A stretch of 64,000 bases of DNA, taken from Podarcis cretensis (taxonomy: Eukaryota). Below, in pieces: positions 54,601 through 63,521 of the stretch. The stretch lies in NCBI GenBank assembly GCA_951804945.1, contig OX638154.1:53382001-53446000 (forward strand), read 5' to 3'. A program made the position numbers and the translations under genes. A model generated the notes under the pieces. It did no database searches. It saw nothing but the letters and a program-made list of their open reading frames with translations, and was not told where the DNA came from. The number at the start of each line of letters is the position of its first letter. Position 1 is the stretch's first letter.

Positions 54601-57600
54601 ATTTTTTTCTTCTTCAAGTGTGGTTATAAACAACTGCATTTAGTTAACTCCAGTGTTATTTTGCTACTGGCATTTACTACCAATGGAAATTGGTAATGAC
54701 TTGGTGACAAAGAAAAAGAACAAAACTAATGGCATTTCCCTCTTTGTTGGACTTTATCCTAGTTTGTCATCATTGTTCCTACCTGCACTGATAGTAGCAT
54801 TTTTCCACTGTGGCCCATAGACAATTGCTTTTTCATTTGTGTGGTGTTGTTTTTAAAACGTATCTATGGATTCTGCCCAGCTTAAAACCTCTTTTCTTTA
54901 TTGTGCCAAAGTTTATGTGTTGAATCCTGTCAAATGCCGGCCAAAGAAAAGACAAGAGAAGGGGCAAGGTGACTATGGAAGAACCTAGGAAATAGGTTGG
55001 CTTAAGACTAGACTGATCATTACCTAAGACTTCCACAACAGGAGGTTTATTTAATATATAGCAAGTGTGGGAGAATCATCACTTCTACAGAAGGAAGAGA
55101 AACACATAGAATATTAACCAAATCTAAACTATCAAAGGACATACCAGCAGACATCTCTGTAAAAAAAAACCTACAAGAAATACAGTTTCTTTCTTGGAAA
55201 CAATGAGGAATTGTCTATAAAATTTTGGAGGGTATGAGGGAAAGATGCTGGGACACACTCCAAAAATAGTGCAGAAACTGTGTGCCCCTGTGGCAGCCTG
55301 ATGGACTTCTTTATGGAGGAAATTTGATAGGCCTTAAGTTTATACCCAGACTCCCTGAATTACCTAGCTTCTCCTATCGTTGTTGGATTCACATACTTCC
55401 CCTGCATCACAACATTCTGGAGTTTGCTTTTCCACTTTAAATAGTCCAGTTTACTTTCACACTGTCTATGTGAGATTATAAATTCTTTTTTGTAGATTCC
55501 TTAATTCTGCTGCCAGCCTCCTTTGCCTCTAAGGAATGCAAATGTCCAACAATATGGGAAGCACACTTGTTCACGTCACCCATCTTCCCCATGGCTCTCA
55601 TCCTTCCTGAAGTTGTCCTCTCACTCTTATCAGCACCAAGGCCACTTCAGAGGCTTCTGCTAGCCACTAGGCCACCCACCTCTGCTGGCCACCCAAGAAC
55701 ATTACGTACATATATACACTGAAGCCCCCTTGGCCTCTGCACTCAGCTGCCTTGGGGGCTTGTTTATTTGCTCTTGTGAGCGAGGTATGCAGGCCCCACA
55801 TCCACAGTTTATTTATCTGTTCAGAAGGAGAGTTCAGAGTAGAAAAGCCTCATTGAATATATACTGGGCCTTCTAGTATTTCTCACATGGCCTGCCTTCA
55901 TGGGGTTCATCTCCAGTCTCAAACACCCTGAGGTCTGACCTGATTTAAAGGCTGCTTCACCTCTCCCATCTGCAGGAATATCAGGCTAAGTTTGTAAAGG
56001 TGTCAGGCGTCAGCTCTCTCAGACTAGATAGACTCAGAACCCCAGCACTCTTTAAAGGAACCATTCTTTGCTATCATTTCAAATGGGCAGTTTAGACATC
56101 TTTCACTGGGCATCAGATACAGATAAGCCAATGGTGATTGTTATACTGAGCTGAAGTCCCTAAATGAGGCTAGGTTCCCCAGTCATTCTGAGCTAAATGC
56201 CCAGTTTGTGTACCCTACAAGCATCCAAACTACAGAATCTCCCTCCTTTACAAGTTACCTCTAGTCATATATATTTAGATGTTCACTCCCTCAAAACACT
56301 ACTGAGAACTGAGCTGCATCTGGCATCAAAGTATTCTCCCAGGTTATAAAGTAGAAATTCAATCACGCCACTCCACAAATTACACTCCAGGAGTTGGCTT
56401 CACTAAATCCTGTGCTAATTAATTAATTCCTTTTTAAATATTGACATTATCCTATCCCAAGATATAGGCCAGTACAGTGAAATAATTTCATTTTCTCCAG
56501 CATGAAGGCATCTTACAACACTTTATCCTGGAAAATGTCACTACTGTCCACTCTGGGTGTTCTGACTCATTCAAGATATAGAAACACGTTCAAGGTCAAT
56601 TTTGACTGCCAGCTCAGAACAGCAACTGGACTCACCACCAAGTCTCTTGAACAGTACCTTCCAGATCTCTGCATACTGGTCTTATCACATCAGCATGCTG
56701 CCTGCAGTCTGTCCAGCAAGGGTGTCTATCCATTGCCCCAGCAGTAATCCATCAAACTCTTCATTTCTTCCGAATCCTTGCAAGTTCCAGTATGGGTGGG
56801 CAAAAATCCTTCATTGGTTTTTCTTGCCTCCCCACACTCTCAGGAATTCAAAGATAAAAACATTTCCTCTGGCAGAACAGCCATTCAGTAGCAGCAACCT
56901 TTAAAAAGGCCCTGCAGCCACATAGCTACACCAAAATGTTCTGGTTAAAGATTAAACCTGCCTTTCTTTGAGGTCACCCTTAGCCTATAAATCAACCATG
57001 ACCTTTTGCCTCTCCAATGCTGGTTTGTTTTCAAGCCCCAAGCTCTAGGGTTTAATTCCCACTCAGGAGTCTACCCTGGTCATAACAATGCCAACAGGCA
57101 AGTACCTTTATAGAGGTTTACCTATAAGTGCCTACAGTCAGTTCCTGTTGACATCACCTCTTGGTATTTTCCCATCCACTGCATTTTCTATTTTTTATTT
57201 TTAAGCTGTGAACCGCCCTGAGATCTACGGATGAAAGGCGGTATACAAATTTAATAGATAATAATAACTGGTTGAGATGACTGGTGTCAACACTGTTGTA
57301 GAATAGATCACACAGTGAGACACCTGATCCTTAGTCAAGATGGGTAACCTTGCTGTTTTCAATTGAGCTTAATTCAAGGCTTTCAGCTGCTATTGCACAG
57401 AAGGGGACCCAGAAACTGGAGAGAAATGCACACTTGCCATATAAACTGTTGCATGGTGTAGATGTGGGATATATTAGTGCATTTTACACCAAATTGTTTA
57501 CAGACTTCAACACTCCTCCTTTATCTCAACATTTCCAAAAATAAGATGCCAATTCTAACAAGACTTGGTGGATATTCATGGAATAGATCTTTCTTAGTTC

Positions 57601-60600
57601 CTCACAGTCCTCTGAGGTCACTTTGTACATAGGAAACAAAGCCAATTTCTTAAACATGAGCATTTACAGTAAGAGTGGAATTAAGGAAAAGGCATACAGT
57701 ATATGCCCAAACTGTGAGAGAGGAGCTTAGTTTTTCACTGCTAAAGCCAAATGCCAATACAAGGAACAAGCAGAGCCTGCTGTTAAGATGGACCTGGGAT
57801 GACACACTGCCATCCCATCAATACCCAGCAGGTCCCTTGTCTCCTCTCCTCTCCTCATCTAAACTAAACAACAGTGTGAAGTCAGAGTGCATCTGTGGAT
57901 ACAACACAGTTCCATGGACAGAATCTACCAACCACATCATATAACCCCCAAATGGGATATCAGTAGGGCAAACAGCTCATTCACCAATATCAAATTGTTT
58001 GATCTATTCCCACAGTGTTTCCATTTATCTGCCTCAGTAAAATTCAACACCATTCATAAATAAGGGTCAAGTGGTTCAATTCAATTTGGCAGTTCTTTAA
58101 ACTCATGTATCTATACTCCTCCCTACTCTCTCTCTTGTGGACAGCACACACCAAGAGAGAACTTTCTAAGGGCCAAACATACTGGTCACAGAAGCATATT
58201 CCTTCTTTTAAACATGTTTTCTCCTGCTATCTCTCATGTTGTTTGGTGCTGATGAGAGTTATATTCCCAAATATCTGGAGGTCACCATGTTGGCAAAAGC
58301 TGATCCACAACAGCATTGCAAACGGAAGAGGTTGGTAGAAGGAGTAGTTTAGGGAGGACGATTGGGCTGGAAGGAGAGACAACCATGGTTACACTAACGC
58401 CTAGAATGATACCCCATCTGTTTTAAGGAATCAGATGTTCTGTTGTTTTCCACTATACACAAGGTCAGGGTGCTTCACCCTGCGCGCGCACACTCTGGCC
58501 CACACACTCTGCATGACAGCTTCATGTTTTGAGCACAAATACACTCAACCATCTTTTCCAGGGTGATTTAAGTGTACCACAGTGCAAAAGGTGTGAGAAG
58601 CTACTACATATATTTGTTCATAGAACAGTGGTGAGTATGGGGACTGCGACCTTCAAACAAGAGTCAATGGTCACTTCCTTCAAATTATGTGTTTCTGGAT
58701 TTGTCTAATTTAAGTTAGTGAAAAGCACCACTGGTAGAAAGAGCATCTATACTATACTATCATTATGCAAAGAAGCTTTCTCCAGAGGCATTTGTACAGG
58801 GCTATGCACAAATCAGATCAATCAAATGTGGCAAAGGGCATGGCATGAACAAAACTCAGTCATGGAGCAACTGCCATATTGCAGAATGGCTAGGCCTGTG
58901 GATAATTCGCAGTTAGATTCAGCTGGTTTTTCACTATCAATGCTGCATGTTGCTTGTCACGGATGCAAGGGAAGCTAAGGAATTTCTGGTCTAGGAATCC
59001 AAATCTTGACAGCAAACCTTTTCTGATCCAAATGGCCCACAACAGAGGATAAGAGGGATGCAGTACAGTTCAAAGCACAGCTTCACAGAAGTATCCTCAG
59101 AGCGCCATGGGGTTCCAATGAAAGGAGCCTGCGTCACAGCAAACAAGTAATCACAGCAACATTTTACACACTGGAACTATCCACAACAGGAGATCTACAG
59201 CTGTGAACTTTCTCCACTTCTACTTCTTTGCCAACTCTTCACAGCCAGCTTTTTTGCCACACACCAAGCAGCCAACTGAAAGACAATATTGCAAAGCCCC
59301 ACTTGGCAAATGCCAGCCAGCTGAGAGGATAAACTGTGATTCAAGGAAATGCAAGTGATAAATCAGAATATCGCTTTTTTACACTGTTTGTTGCAGTACC
59401 TAGTTCTAACATGCATAATTTAAAGTAAAATAGTATCACTGAGCATTTTTTAATCTCAAAATGAAGATATATCCAAATATAAATTTGTAGCAAAACAAAA
59501 CGTCCAACCAAAGAGCTCCACAAAGTTTAGTGCTCTTTTCAGTGCAACATCCCCAAAACCTAGATCATGTGTGCCCTCTGCTTTATGTAGCTTACAAGCC
59601 ATCACTCCAACTATGGGACAGCCAACAGATTTTTTTCTTTTTTCTTTTAAAGCTGAGCAAATGTCAGCATCAAAAGCAATAAATAAGTACAAGCCCAACC
59701 GTGCAGGTTCTCAGGGGATGTTCTTGATTTGGGCTGAGATGGGCTGGTTACAAAAAGGGGATTTCCCTTCTTTAAATGTTTAACAGCTGCAGGTCTTGAT
59801 GGATCTCCTTTTTGCTGCAAGCCTCTGGAAGGCAGAAGCAAGGAGAGAAGGGGAGGGGGCAGAAGGCTAAGGTTGAGGCATTTTTCCCTTTCCAGTCCCC
59901 CTTCAGTGTGTGAAACAGGTGGGTAAACTTTACTGGCATTCATGTGAGTGTGGGTTTTATTTAAAAGGGAGTGGGAGGGTGGAAGAGTGAAGTTGCTTCT
60001 ATTGTTGAACAAAATCCAAGAGTAGTTTAGGACCACACATGGAGCTGGGGTTGTGCAGGGGGAGGAGGTGTGGAACGCCAAAGATCGCTGACAGTCATCA
60101 CAGAGAAACATCTGCTCTTGGAAAGCTCCCAGGCTGCTTGCAATTTTTTTTTGTTTAAAAAAAGAATAAAAATAAAATAAAAATCCTAGGGTGTGAAAAC
60201 TCAGCGCAACCTGGTGTTGGAAAAGAGAGGAGACTGCAATAAGCAGGGGATGGAAAGCAAGGAGCAAACCCCAGGCACTGCCACATGGATTGACGGCAGT
60301 GCCGAGAATGGAGGGGACAGCATAGCATGCTGAACTTATTAATAACAAAGGCATCATTTTTATCAAATGTTTCCAGTAGGAAATTAGGATTTGCTCCTGG
60401 TGACCCCTTTTGCTTTCGGCTATTTGCATTCAACCCAATTCCATTCTCAGCTGGCAGGCAAGTGTAACCCAAGTTAAACTTCAACTGACAGCTCTGCTGT
60501 AGACAGTAATTATCCTCTCCTTCAGCACCACCCTCAGAAAGGTAATTTAGGATTTTAATGTCAATAATGCAATGCAGCAAGCAGGGCCCGGTGGCAAGAA

Positions 60601-63521
60601 AAGCCATATTATCTGAGATGGGGGAAATGATTTAATTGCACTTGTCTATGTGGGGGCATGTATTTGCACCGATAGGGATCTGGACTCCACACACGGCATG
60701 GCGAACACAGGCACACACATGCAGAGCAGCATAGGAAGGTTTATGCACACTCGCACACACTCTTGCGGAACAAGTTCAAGGTAGAAATCTCTCTCTATAA
60801 CACCACAACCACACCAAACCCTTTGGGTTACGGGAGAGGTCTGTCTCCCAATATTTCTGGTGTATAAATCATTGTTTCTCATAGACTGAGACCGATATAA
60901 CCAAACAAGATTGAATCCAAAAAAAGGGAAGAAAATTCCATGCCTGGACAGGAAATCAGTGAAGATCACCACAACACCTTTCTTTCTGGAAGGTGGTCTG
61001 AAGGTATAGGATGGGTGAGATTCTATTGCTGAAGCAAAACAGGTTAAGCACTGTATAGTGCTTGGATGGGAGACTGCCTGGAAACCACATGTAAGGAAAC
61101 CACTCTGAGCAAGTAAGAGGAAGAATGGGCTGCAAGGCAGGGTGTCATAAATGTGATACATCCCATTACTGAGACCTCCAAGAACAGAACTGCCAGGTGC
61201 CTCTAAATCCAAACCATAATTGTTGGCAGAATCTTCAATTATTCAAAAGCACTTAAGGCAACCCTACATTCTCCAGTTTTATACCATGTCATCCCACAAG
61301 TCTATATGTAAATTTAGGGCATGGAAAGTGTCTGTCCCATCATTCAGTATTCACAAACAGTGCTCATTATCATCATGGAGAATAGTATTTAACCAACATT
61401 CAAAAGAATTCTGATTTGGGCTCTAAAAATCAGAGAACTGGCTTAAAAACCACTGGCACAACCCACTGAAAACATTTCTGGAGGAAGCCCCTTCAACTTG
61501 AATGGAGTTGCACAAGGGCACTCACACATTATCATCCAGCTCTTATTCATATCAATGGGGCTTGCACAGAAGAAGTTCCCAGCATGATTGTTCCCTGTGC
61601 AATTATCTTTTTAAATAAAAGAGCTTCTTGTTTTCATCACTTTGCCAGCTGGTCTTGGAGGCTTTCTAGCCTGTTTGAAAAGTCACATAATTCAAGTTTT
61701 TCTCAAGGCTTACAAACTCTTCTTCAATTATCGAAAAAAAGTTAAAATGGGGAAACAGGGTTTTATTGCAAGACTTGAGGTTTTAAGAGTTCCTCAAACT
61801 GGAATACATTTTTATATCCAAGAAAGTGCTCTCTATCCCCCTGTTACTTGGTAGCTTCCCCCAAGATGCCAATTCCAAGAAACTGTGTGCAAATCTGGAT
61901 TTACACACATGTGTGGAGCTTAGAGAGGGGCCCCTTTGCTAACAACTCCCTTTAAAAGGCTCTTCTAGGCCTCTTGCTTCCACTATGTTTGACAACTGCT
62001 CCACCATCACCCAACAATGTCCTAAAGCGCTATGCAGCCCTCCCAGTATTCACACACACTCACAAAATGGAACTTACCTTCCACCCAGAGTTGCTCAATA
62101 TCCGTTTCTATGGAGGCTACTCGCAGCCCTACAGCCAGCGTCCCAAAGACCAGCAGCCCCACAAAAAGTACTTTGCCACAGTGACGATGGATCCAACAGC
62201 CCAGTGTAAACAGCAGGGCCTGGAACTGGGCCCGCAGCCACAGCGGGGCTTTCTGGCCCACAGCCTTACCCTGGGGAGAGAAATGGAGAGTTAGCCAAGA
62301 CACTGTTGCTACAGGGAACAGCAACATCCTGCCCCAGGGTAGCTGGCACTGGGGTTAAAGCAGACCTCAAGCCTTTGGGAGCAAGCATTTCAGCAAGAAC
62401 CTTGCCATAGATTATTTGTGGGGGCATATATGTGCACGCCTGCCTGTCCCTGCAGCGCTTCCATCTGCTCGGAACTTGTGAAGGCCAGTGCCCATATCCT
62501 CCCAGTCTGCAGAAAGATGAACTCCTGAGTGACAGCTGTAGATGTGGGTGAATCCCCTACTCAGGGTGGAGAAACAGGCCACTGGGAAGCTCCTGCCACC
62601 ATCCATGTGTTATGTCTGTGAGGTTGCTGAGCAGGAATCTCCCTCCTCTGTTCCTCAGCGGTGGTCTGCTTCCCTTCCCCAGTTCCAGATACACTCCTCA
62701 CCTTCAGAGCAACCCAGCAGCTGAAGTGCCCTGTTAGAATGGAGCCCTGCAAAAGGCAACCCGGTCTGTTAAGGAGTCCTACCACAGTCTAGTTTCCTGC
62801 TCTGGGGAGAGCAGATGTCCGCTGCACCCTTTCCACAGGTGCGTCCTTCTGACCTGTCAAGTTTCCTTGCTTTCCCTTGCGGGACACTCCCCCATTGTCT
62901 CCCTTCCACCGATTCAGCGACTCAAGTCCACCCGCCTCCCTTGCTCGCTCCTGAGCGAAACGCTCCACGCAGACCCACCCCCGAGCCGCCGTCTCCCCTC
63001 GCAGATCCGATCCGGGGCTGGCCTCTCCCTCGCGTCCCTCCTGGACGGCTCCCCGGCGTCTCCCCTTTCCCTAAACAAACTGCAGGGGCCACGGCGCGGG
63101 CTCGCACTGGAGCGCGCCGGCCAAAGCCTGCCCCCTTCCTTCATTCCCTGGCCCCAAAGAAGCCGAAAGCTTCGAAGAGGACCCCCTTTCCCAGCCCCCC
63201 CCCCGGGCCCAGAAGAGCCGATCCCTCGCCTTTTTGTCCCCTTCCTTGCAGCTGCTTGCGCGCCTCTCTCCCGGGTGGACGGGGTCGCCCCAACTTTACT
63301 TCTCGTCCCCCCCCCACCCGTGGGAAAGCGCCTTCGCCCCATTCCCTTACCTTGGAGATCTGTTTGAGGGCAAAGGCAGCGTGGCAGTAGCTGGGTCTCC
63401 GGAGAAGATCCGAGTTGGCAGTTGCCGCCGCCGCCGCCGTGGCCGCCGCCGCCGCCGCGTAAGACGGCGGGAGTTCTCCCCGGAAGCCCCCGGCCCCCGG
63501 GACCGGCCGATCCGAAGCCAT
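11221..63521 (-). CDS. PTCH2: Protein patched homolog 2 (Hedgehog receptor, RND/sterol-sensing family); 23 coding exons, 4176 nt, 1391 aa
   Basis: Exons assembled by hand: all GT-AG, phases consistent, no internal stop. Patched motifs: [32 protein letters not shown] motif GIGVDD and its partner [15 protein letters not shown]. The N-terminus ([20 protein letters not shown]) and exon sizes 196/93/313/181 fit PTCH2 rather than PTCH1 (199/99/310/184, from memory). Confidence 0.95.
11836..11888 (+). mobile_element. Short CR1 3' fragment (intron 22)
   Basis: CATCTGTCAGGGATGCTTTAG...TTCCTGCATTACAGGGGGTTGCACTA resembles the CR1 3' end at 4216-4270. Confidence 0.55.
12246..12494 (-). CDS. PTCH2: PTCH2 exon 22 (249 nt; [15 protein letters not shown]...SSDSEY...SFPKIT)
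   Basis: Acceptor CATATAG|, donor ACC|GTAAGT; LPTPSP and SSDSEY are patched C-tail motifs. Confidence 0.9.
12751..12850 (-). CDS. PTCH2: PTCH2 exon 21 (100 nt; [33 protein letters not shown]), TM12
   Basis: Acceptor CCCCAAAG| (AAG type), donor GAG|GTAAGA. Confidence 0.94.
13621..13763 (-). CDS. PTCH2: PTCH2 exon 20 (143 nt; [10 protein letters not shown]...GSEFDFILR)
   Basis: Acceptor TTCTCAG|, donor AG|GTGATT; translated by hand. Confidence 0.95.
14030..14038 (+). promoter_or_regulatory. Perfect GLI consensus GACCACCCA (intron 19)
   Basis: Exact match to the GLI consensus; function untested. Confidence 0.45.
14378..14515 (-). CDS. PTCH2: PTCH2 exon 19 (138 nt; [13 protein letters not shown]...[12 protein letters not shown])
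   Basis: Acceptor TGTAG|, donor CTG|GTAAGA. Confidence 0.96.
14789..14820. repeat. (TA)16 microsatellite
   Basis: Direct read. Confidence 0.95.
15666..15949 (-). CDS. PTCH2: PTCH2 exon 18 (284 nt; [15 protein letters not shown]...LNPWTASII)
   Basis: Acceptor CTGACAG|, donor ATT|GTGAGT. Confidence 0.95.
16189..16369 (-). CDS. PTCH2: PTCH2 exon 17 (181 nt; [15 protein letters not shown]...GENLR)
   Basis: Acceptor CCTACAG|, donor A|GTGAGT. Confidence 0.95.
16645..18765 (-). mobile_element. Rex1/Babar-type LINE, 5'-truncated, uninterrupted RT ORF, in PTCH2 intron 16 (sense orientation)
   Basis: ORF 16838-18562 ([63 protein letters not shown]); frame stays open upstream to 18775; 3' end TGACAATAAAG followed by (TCTA)10. 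Confidence 0.92.
18852..18994 (-). CDS. PTCH2: PTCH2 exon 16 (143 nt; LQAAFDRDW...KEPLNLNQ)
   Basis: Acceptor CTGCAG|, donor CAA|GTAAGT. Confidence 0.95.
19250..19538 (-). mobile_element. L2-type LINE 3' end fragment (intron 15)
   Basis: [17 protein letters not shown] coding remnant plus (AATA)n tail. Confidence 0.75.
19853..20165 (-). CDS. PTCH2: PTCH2 exon 15 (313 nt; [12 protein letters not shown]...[10 protein letters not shown])
   Basis: Acceptor TTTCCAG|, donor G|GTGAGT. Confidence 0.96.
21022..21424 (-). CDS. PTCH2: PTCH2 exon 14 (403 nt; cytoplasmic middle loop ...SSTRDLL...[11 protein letters not shown])
   Basis: Acceptor CCCACAG|, donor AAG|GTAGGC. Confidence 0.94.
21972..22090 (-). 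CDS. PTCH2: PTCH2 exon 13 (119 nt; [13 protein letters not shown]...LDILCCFY)
   Basis: Acceptor CTTGCAG|, donor AG|GTACTG. Confidence 0.96.
22353..22478 (-). CDS. PTCH2: PTCH2 exon 12 (126 nt; [11 protein letters not shown]...PALRAFSLQ)
   Basis: Acceptor ATGCAG|, donor CAG|GTAAGC. Confidence 0.96.
22582..22674 (-). CDS. PTCH2: PTCH2 exon 11 (93 nt; [21 protein letters not shown]...), TM4 GxxxDD
   Basis: Acceptor GTGTAG|, donor AAG|GTAAGA. Confidence 0.96.
23356..23511 (-). CDS. PTCH2: PTCH2 exon 10 (156 nt; [18 protein letters not shown]...FNAATTQ), SSD
   Basis: Acceptor TTGCAG|, donor CAG|GTAGGC. Confidence 0.96.
23641..23772 (-). CDS. PTCH2: PTCH2 exon 9 (132 nt; LAQESLP...RVAGGYLLM)
   Basis: Acceptor TTGCAG|, donor ATG|GTGTGT. 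Confidence 0.95.
24303..24450 (-). CDS. PTCH2: PTCH2 exon 8 (148 nt; [13 protein letters not shown]...AWQREFVE)
   Basis: Acceptor CCTGCAG|, donor GAG|GTGAGA. Confidence 0.95.
25883..26004 (-). CDS. PTCH2: PTCH2 exon 7 (122 nt; [30 protein letters not shown]...)
   Basis: Acceptor CCACCAG|, donor GG|GTAAGT. Confidence 0.95.
26169..26207. repeat. (TAC)13 microsatellite
   Basis: Direct read. Confidence 0.95.
26882..26890 (-). promoter_or_regulatory. Perfect GLI consensus TGGGTGGTC (intron 6)
   Basis: Exact match to the GLI consensus; function untested. Confidence 0.45.
27562..27676. repeat. (TCTA)11 and (AAC)10 microsatellites
   Basis: Direct read: 27562-27608 and 27647-27676. Confidence 0.95.
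29071..29245 (-). mobile_element. Squam3-like tRNA-derived SINE (degraded)
   Basis: Minus strand reads GCTTTGCATGCAGA..GTTCCGGATTCAGTCCCTG (B-box-like)..CTGAAACCCTGGAGAGCC..GAGCTAGATGGACC..TTATGTTCCTAA. Confidence 0.7.
29468..29663 (-). CDS. PTCH2: PTCH2 exon 6 (196 nt; [12 protein letters not shown]...APNSQSLQ)
   Basis: Acceptor TCCGTAG|, donor CAG|GTGGGT. Confidence 0.95.
34159..34250 (-). CDS. PTCH2: PTCH2 exon 5 (92 nt; [31 protein letters not shown])
   Basis: Acceptor TTCCCAG|, donor CC|GTGAGT. Confidence 0.95.
35089..35158 (-). CDS. PTCH2: PTCH2 exon 4 (70 nt; [23 protein letters not shown])
   Basis: Acceptor TTTCAG|, donor CGG|GTGAGT. Confidence 0.95.
35235..35416 (+). mobile_element. 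Old CR1-family 3'UTR fragment (intron 3)
   Basis: GCTGGACTAGAT...TATGTTCTTCTTATG tail typical of sauropsid CR1. Confidence 0.55.
35449..35638 (-). CDS. PTCH2: PTCH2 exon 3 (190 nt; [18 protein letters not shown]...LYG)
   Basis: Acceptor TTTCCCTCCAG|, donor AA|GTGAGT. Not in the ORF track; translated by hand. Confidence 0.95.
36285..36543. mobile_element. Tc1/mariner-pogo (Tigger-like) MITE with TA target duplication
   Basis: TA|CAGTCATACCTCGGGAT ... ATCCCGAGGTACCACTG|TA; 15/17 TIR match; CpG-rich interior. Confidence 0.88.
37880..38165. mobile_element. Degraded hAT-derived MITE, interrupted
   Basis: GGACTAAAACTTCTATCA...GATGAGAGTTGTAGTC internal inverted pair typical of squamate hAT MITEs; ATCTGGAGGGCACCA end displaced to ~38132-38165. 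Confidence 0.5.
41722..42445 (-). mobile_element. L1 LINE 3' fragment (ORF2 C-terminus and tail), split by a hAT MITE
   Basis: With the MITE removed it reads [62 protein letters not shown]. Confidence 0.8.
42070..42319. mobile_element. hAT MITE with 8-bp TSD CTCTATCC
   Basis: TSD at 42062-42069 and 42320-42327; termini CATGGATAGGCAAAC / GGTTGCTGATCCCTG. Confidence 0.88.
46062..46302 (+). mobile_element. Sauria SINE (5'-truncated, BovB-type tail) with 12-bp TSD
   Basis: GGGAAGGTAAACGGCGTTTCCGTG..GCTGGCCACGTGACCCGGAAG core; (ACCTTT)n tail; TSD TATATTTTATAT at 46050-46061 and 46303-46314. Confidence 0.9.
46325..46531 (-). mobile_element. L2-type LINE 3' end fragment
   Basis: Minus strand GCAGAGGGCCTTCTCGGTAGT..CTTTAGAAGACCTCTGAAGGTAGCCCTGTTTAGGGAAAG..CCCAGAGTGGCTGGGGGAACC. 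Confidence 0.7.
47524..47655. mobile_element. Penelope-like element remnant
   Basis: GATAGCCATGCTAGTCTG..TTGTGGCACCTTAG..ACAGATTTATT with inverted TAAGGTGCCACAA, resembling reptile Penelope pseudo-LTRs. Confidence 0.5.
48242..48424. mobile_element. hAT MITE with 8-bp TSD GTCTATAC
   Basis: TSD at 48234-48241 and 48425-48432; termini AAGCCATGTCCAAA / TTTGGACACCACTG. Confidence 0.8.
50281..50848 (+). mobile_element. DIRS1-like (tyrosine-recombinase) retrotransposon relic
   Basis: ORF 50309-50848 contains [15 protein letters not shown] (DIRS methyltransferase-like YxFPP motif), then [17 protein letters not shown] (start of the YR region). Confidence 0.55.
50848..51051. mobile_element. hAT-like MITE (AGGGTTGGCCC / GGGCCGATCCT termini)
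   Basis: Degenerate CAGGGCCGGCCC-type TIRs; imperfect flanks ACCCTATT/GCCCTAGT. Confidence 0.5.
55670..55815. promoter_or_regulatory. Candidate Hedgehog-response enhancer: tandem GGCCACCCA sites plus forkhead motifs (intron 2)
   Basis: GGCCACCCA at 55670 and 55687; TGTTTATTT at 55761; GTTTATTTA at 55807. Confidence 0.5.
57185..57268 (+). mobile_element. Short L2 3' tail fragment
   Basis: TGTGAACCGCCCTGAGATCT..GATGAAAGGCGGTATACAAATTTAATA, similar to the tail at 4858-4912. Confidence 0.6.
62078..62270 (-). CDS. PTCH2: PTCH2 exon 2 (193 nt; [14 protein letters not shown]...QLWVE), includes TM1
   Basis: Acceptor CTCTCCCCAG|, donor G|GTAAGT. Confidence 0.96.
63351..63521 (-). CDS. PTCH2: PTCH2 coding exon 1 (171 nt; MASDRPVP...ALKQISK)
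   Basis: ATG in good context (AGCATGG); donor AAG|GTAAGG at 63350. Confidence 0.93.
63423..63458 (-). repeat. Coding (GCG)n repeat encoding AAAAAATAAAAA in PTCH2 exon 1
   Basis: + strand GCCGCCGCCGCCGCCGTGGCCGCCGCCGCCGCCGC. Confidence 0.95.

Noticed and set aside
59647-61212. 260-, 150- and 188-aa minus-strand ORFs in intron 2
   Set aside because: Low-complexity F/L/S-rich translations of T-rich intron sequence; no homology recognised.
11221-63521. Calling the gene PTCH1
   Set aside because: The N-terminal sequence, several exon sizes (196, 93, 313, 181) and the lack of the PTCH1 PPPY motifs fit PTCH2 better.
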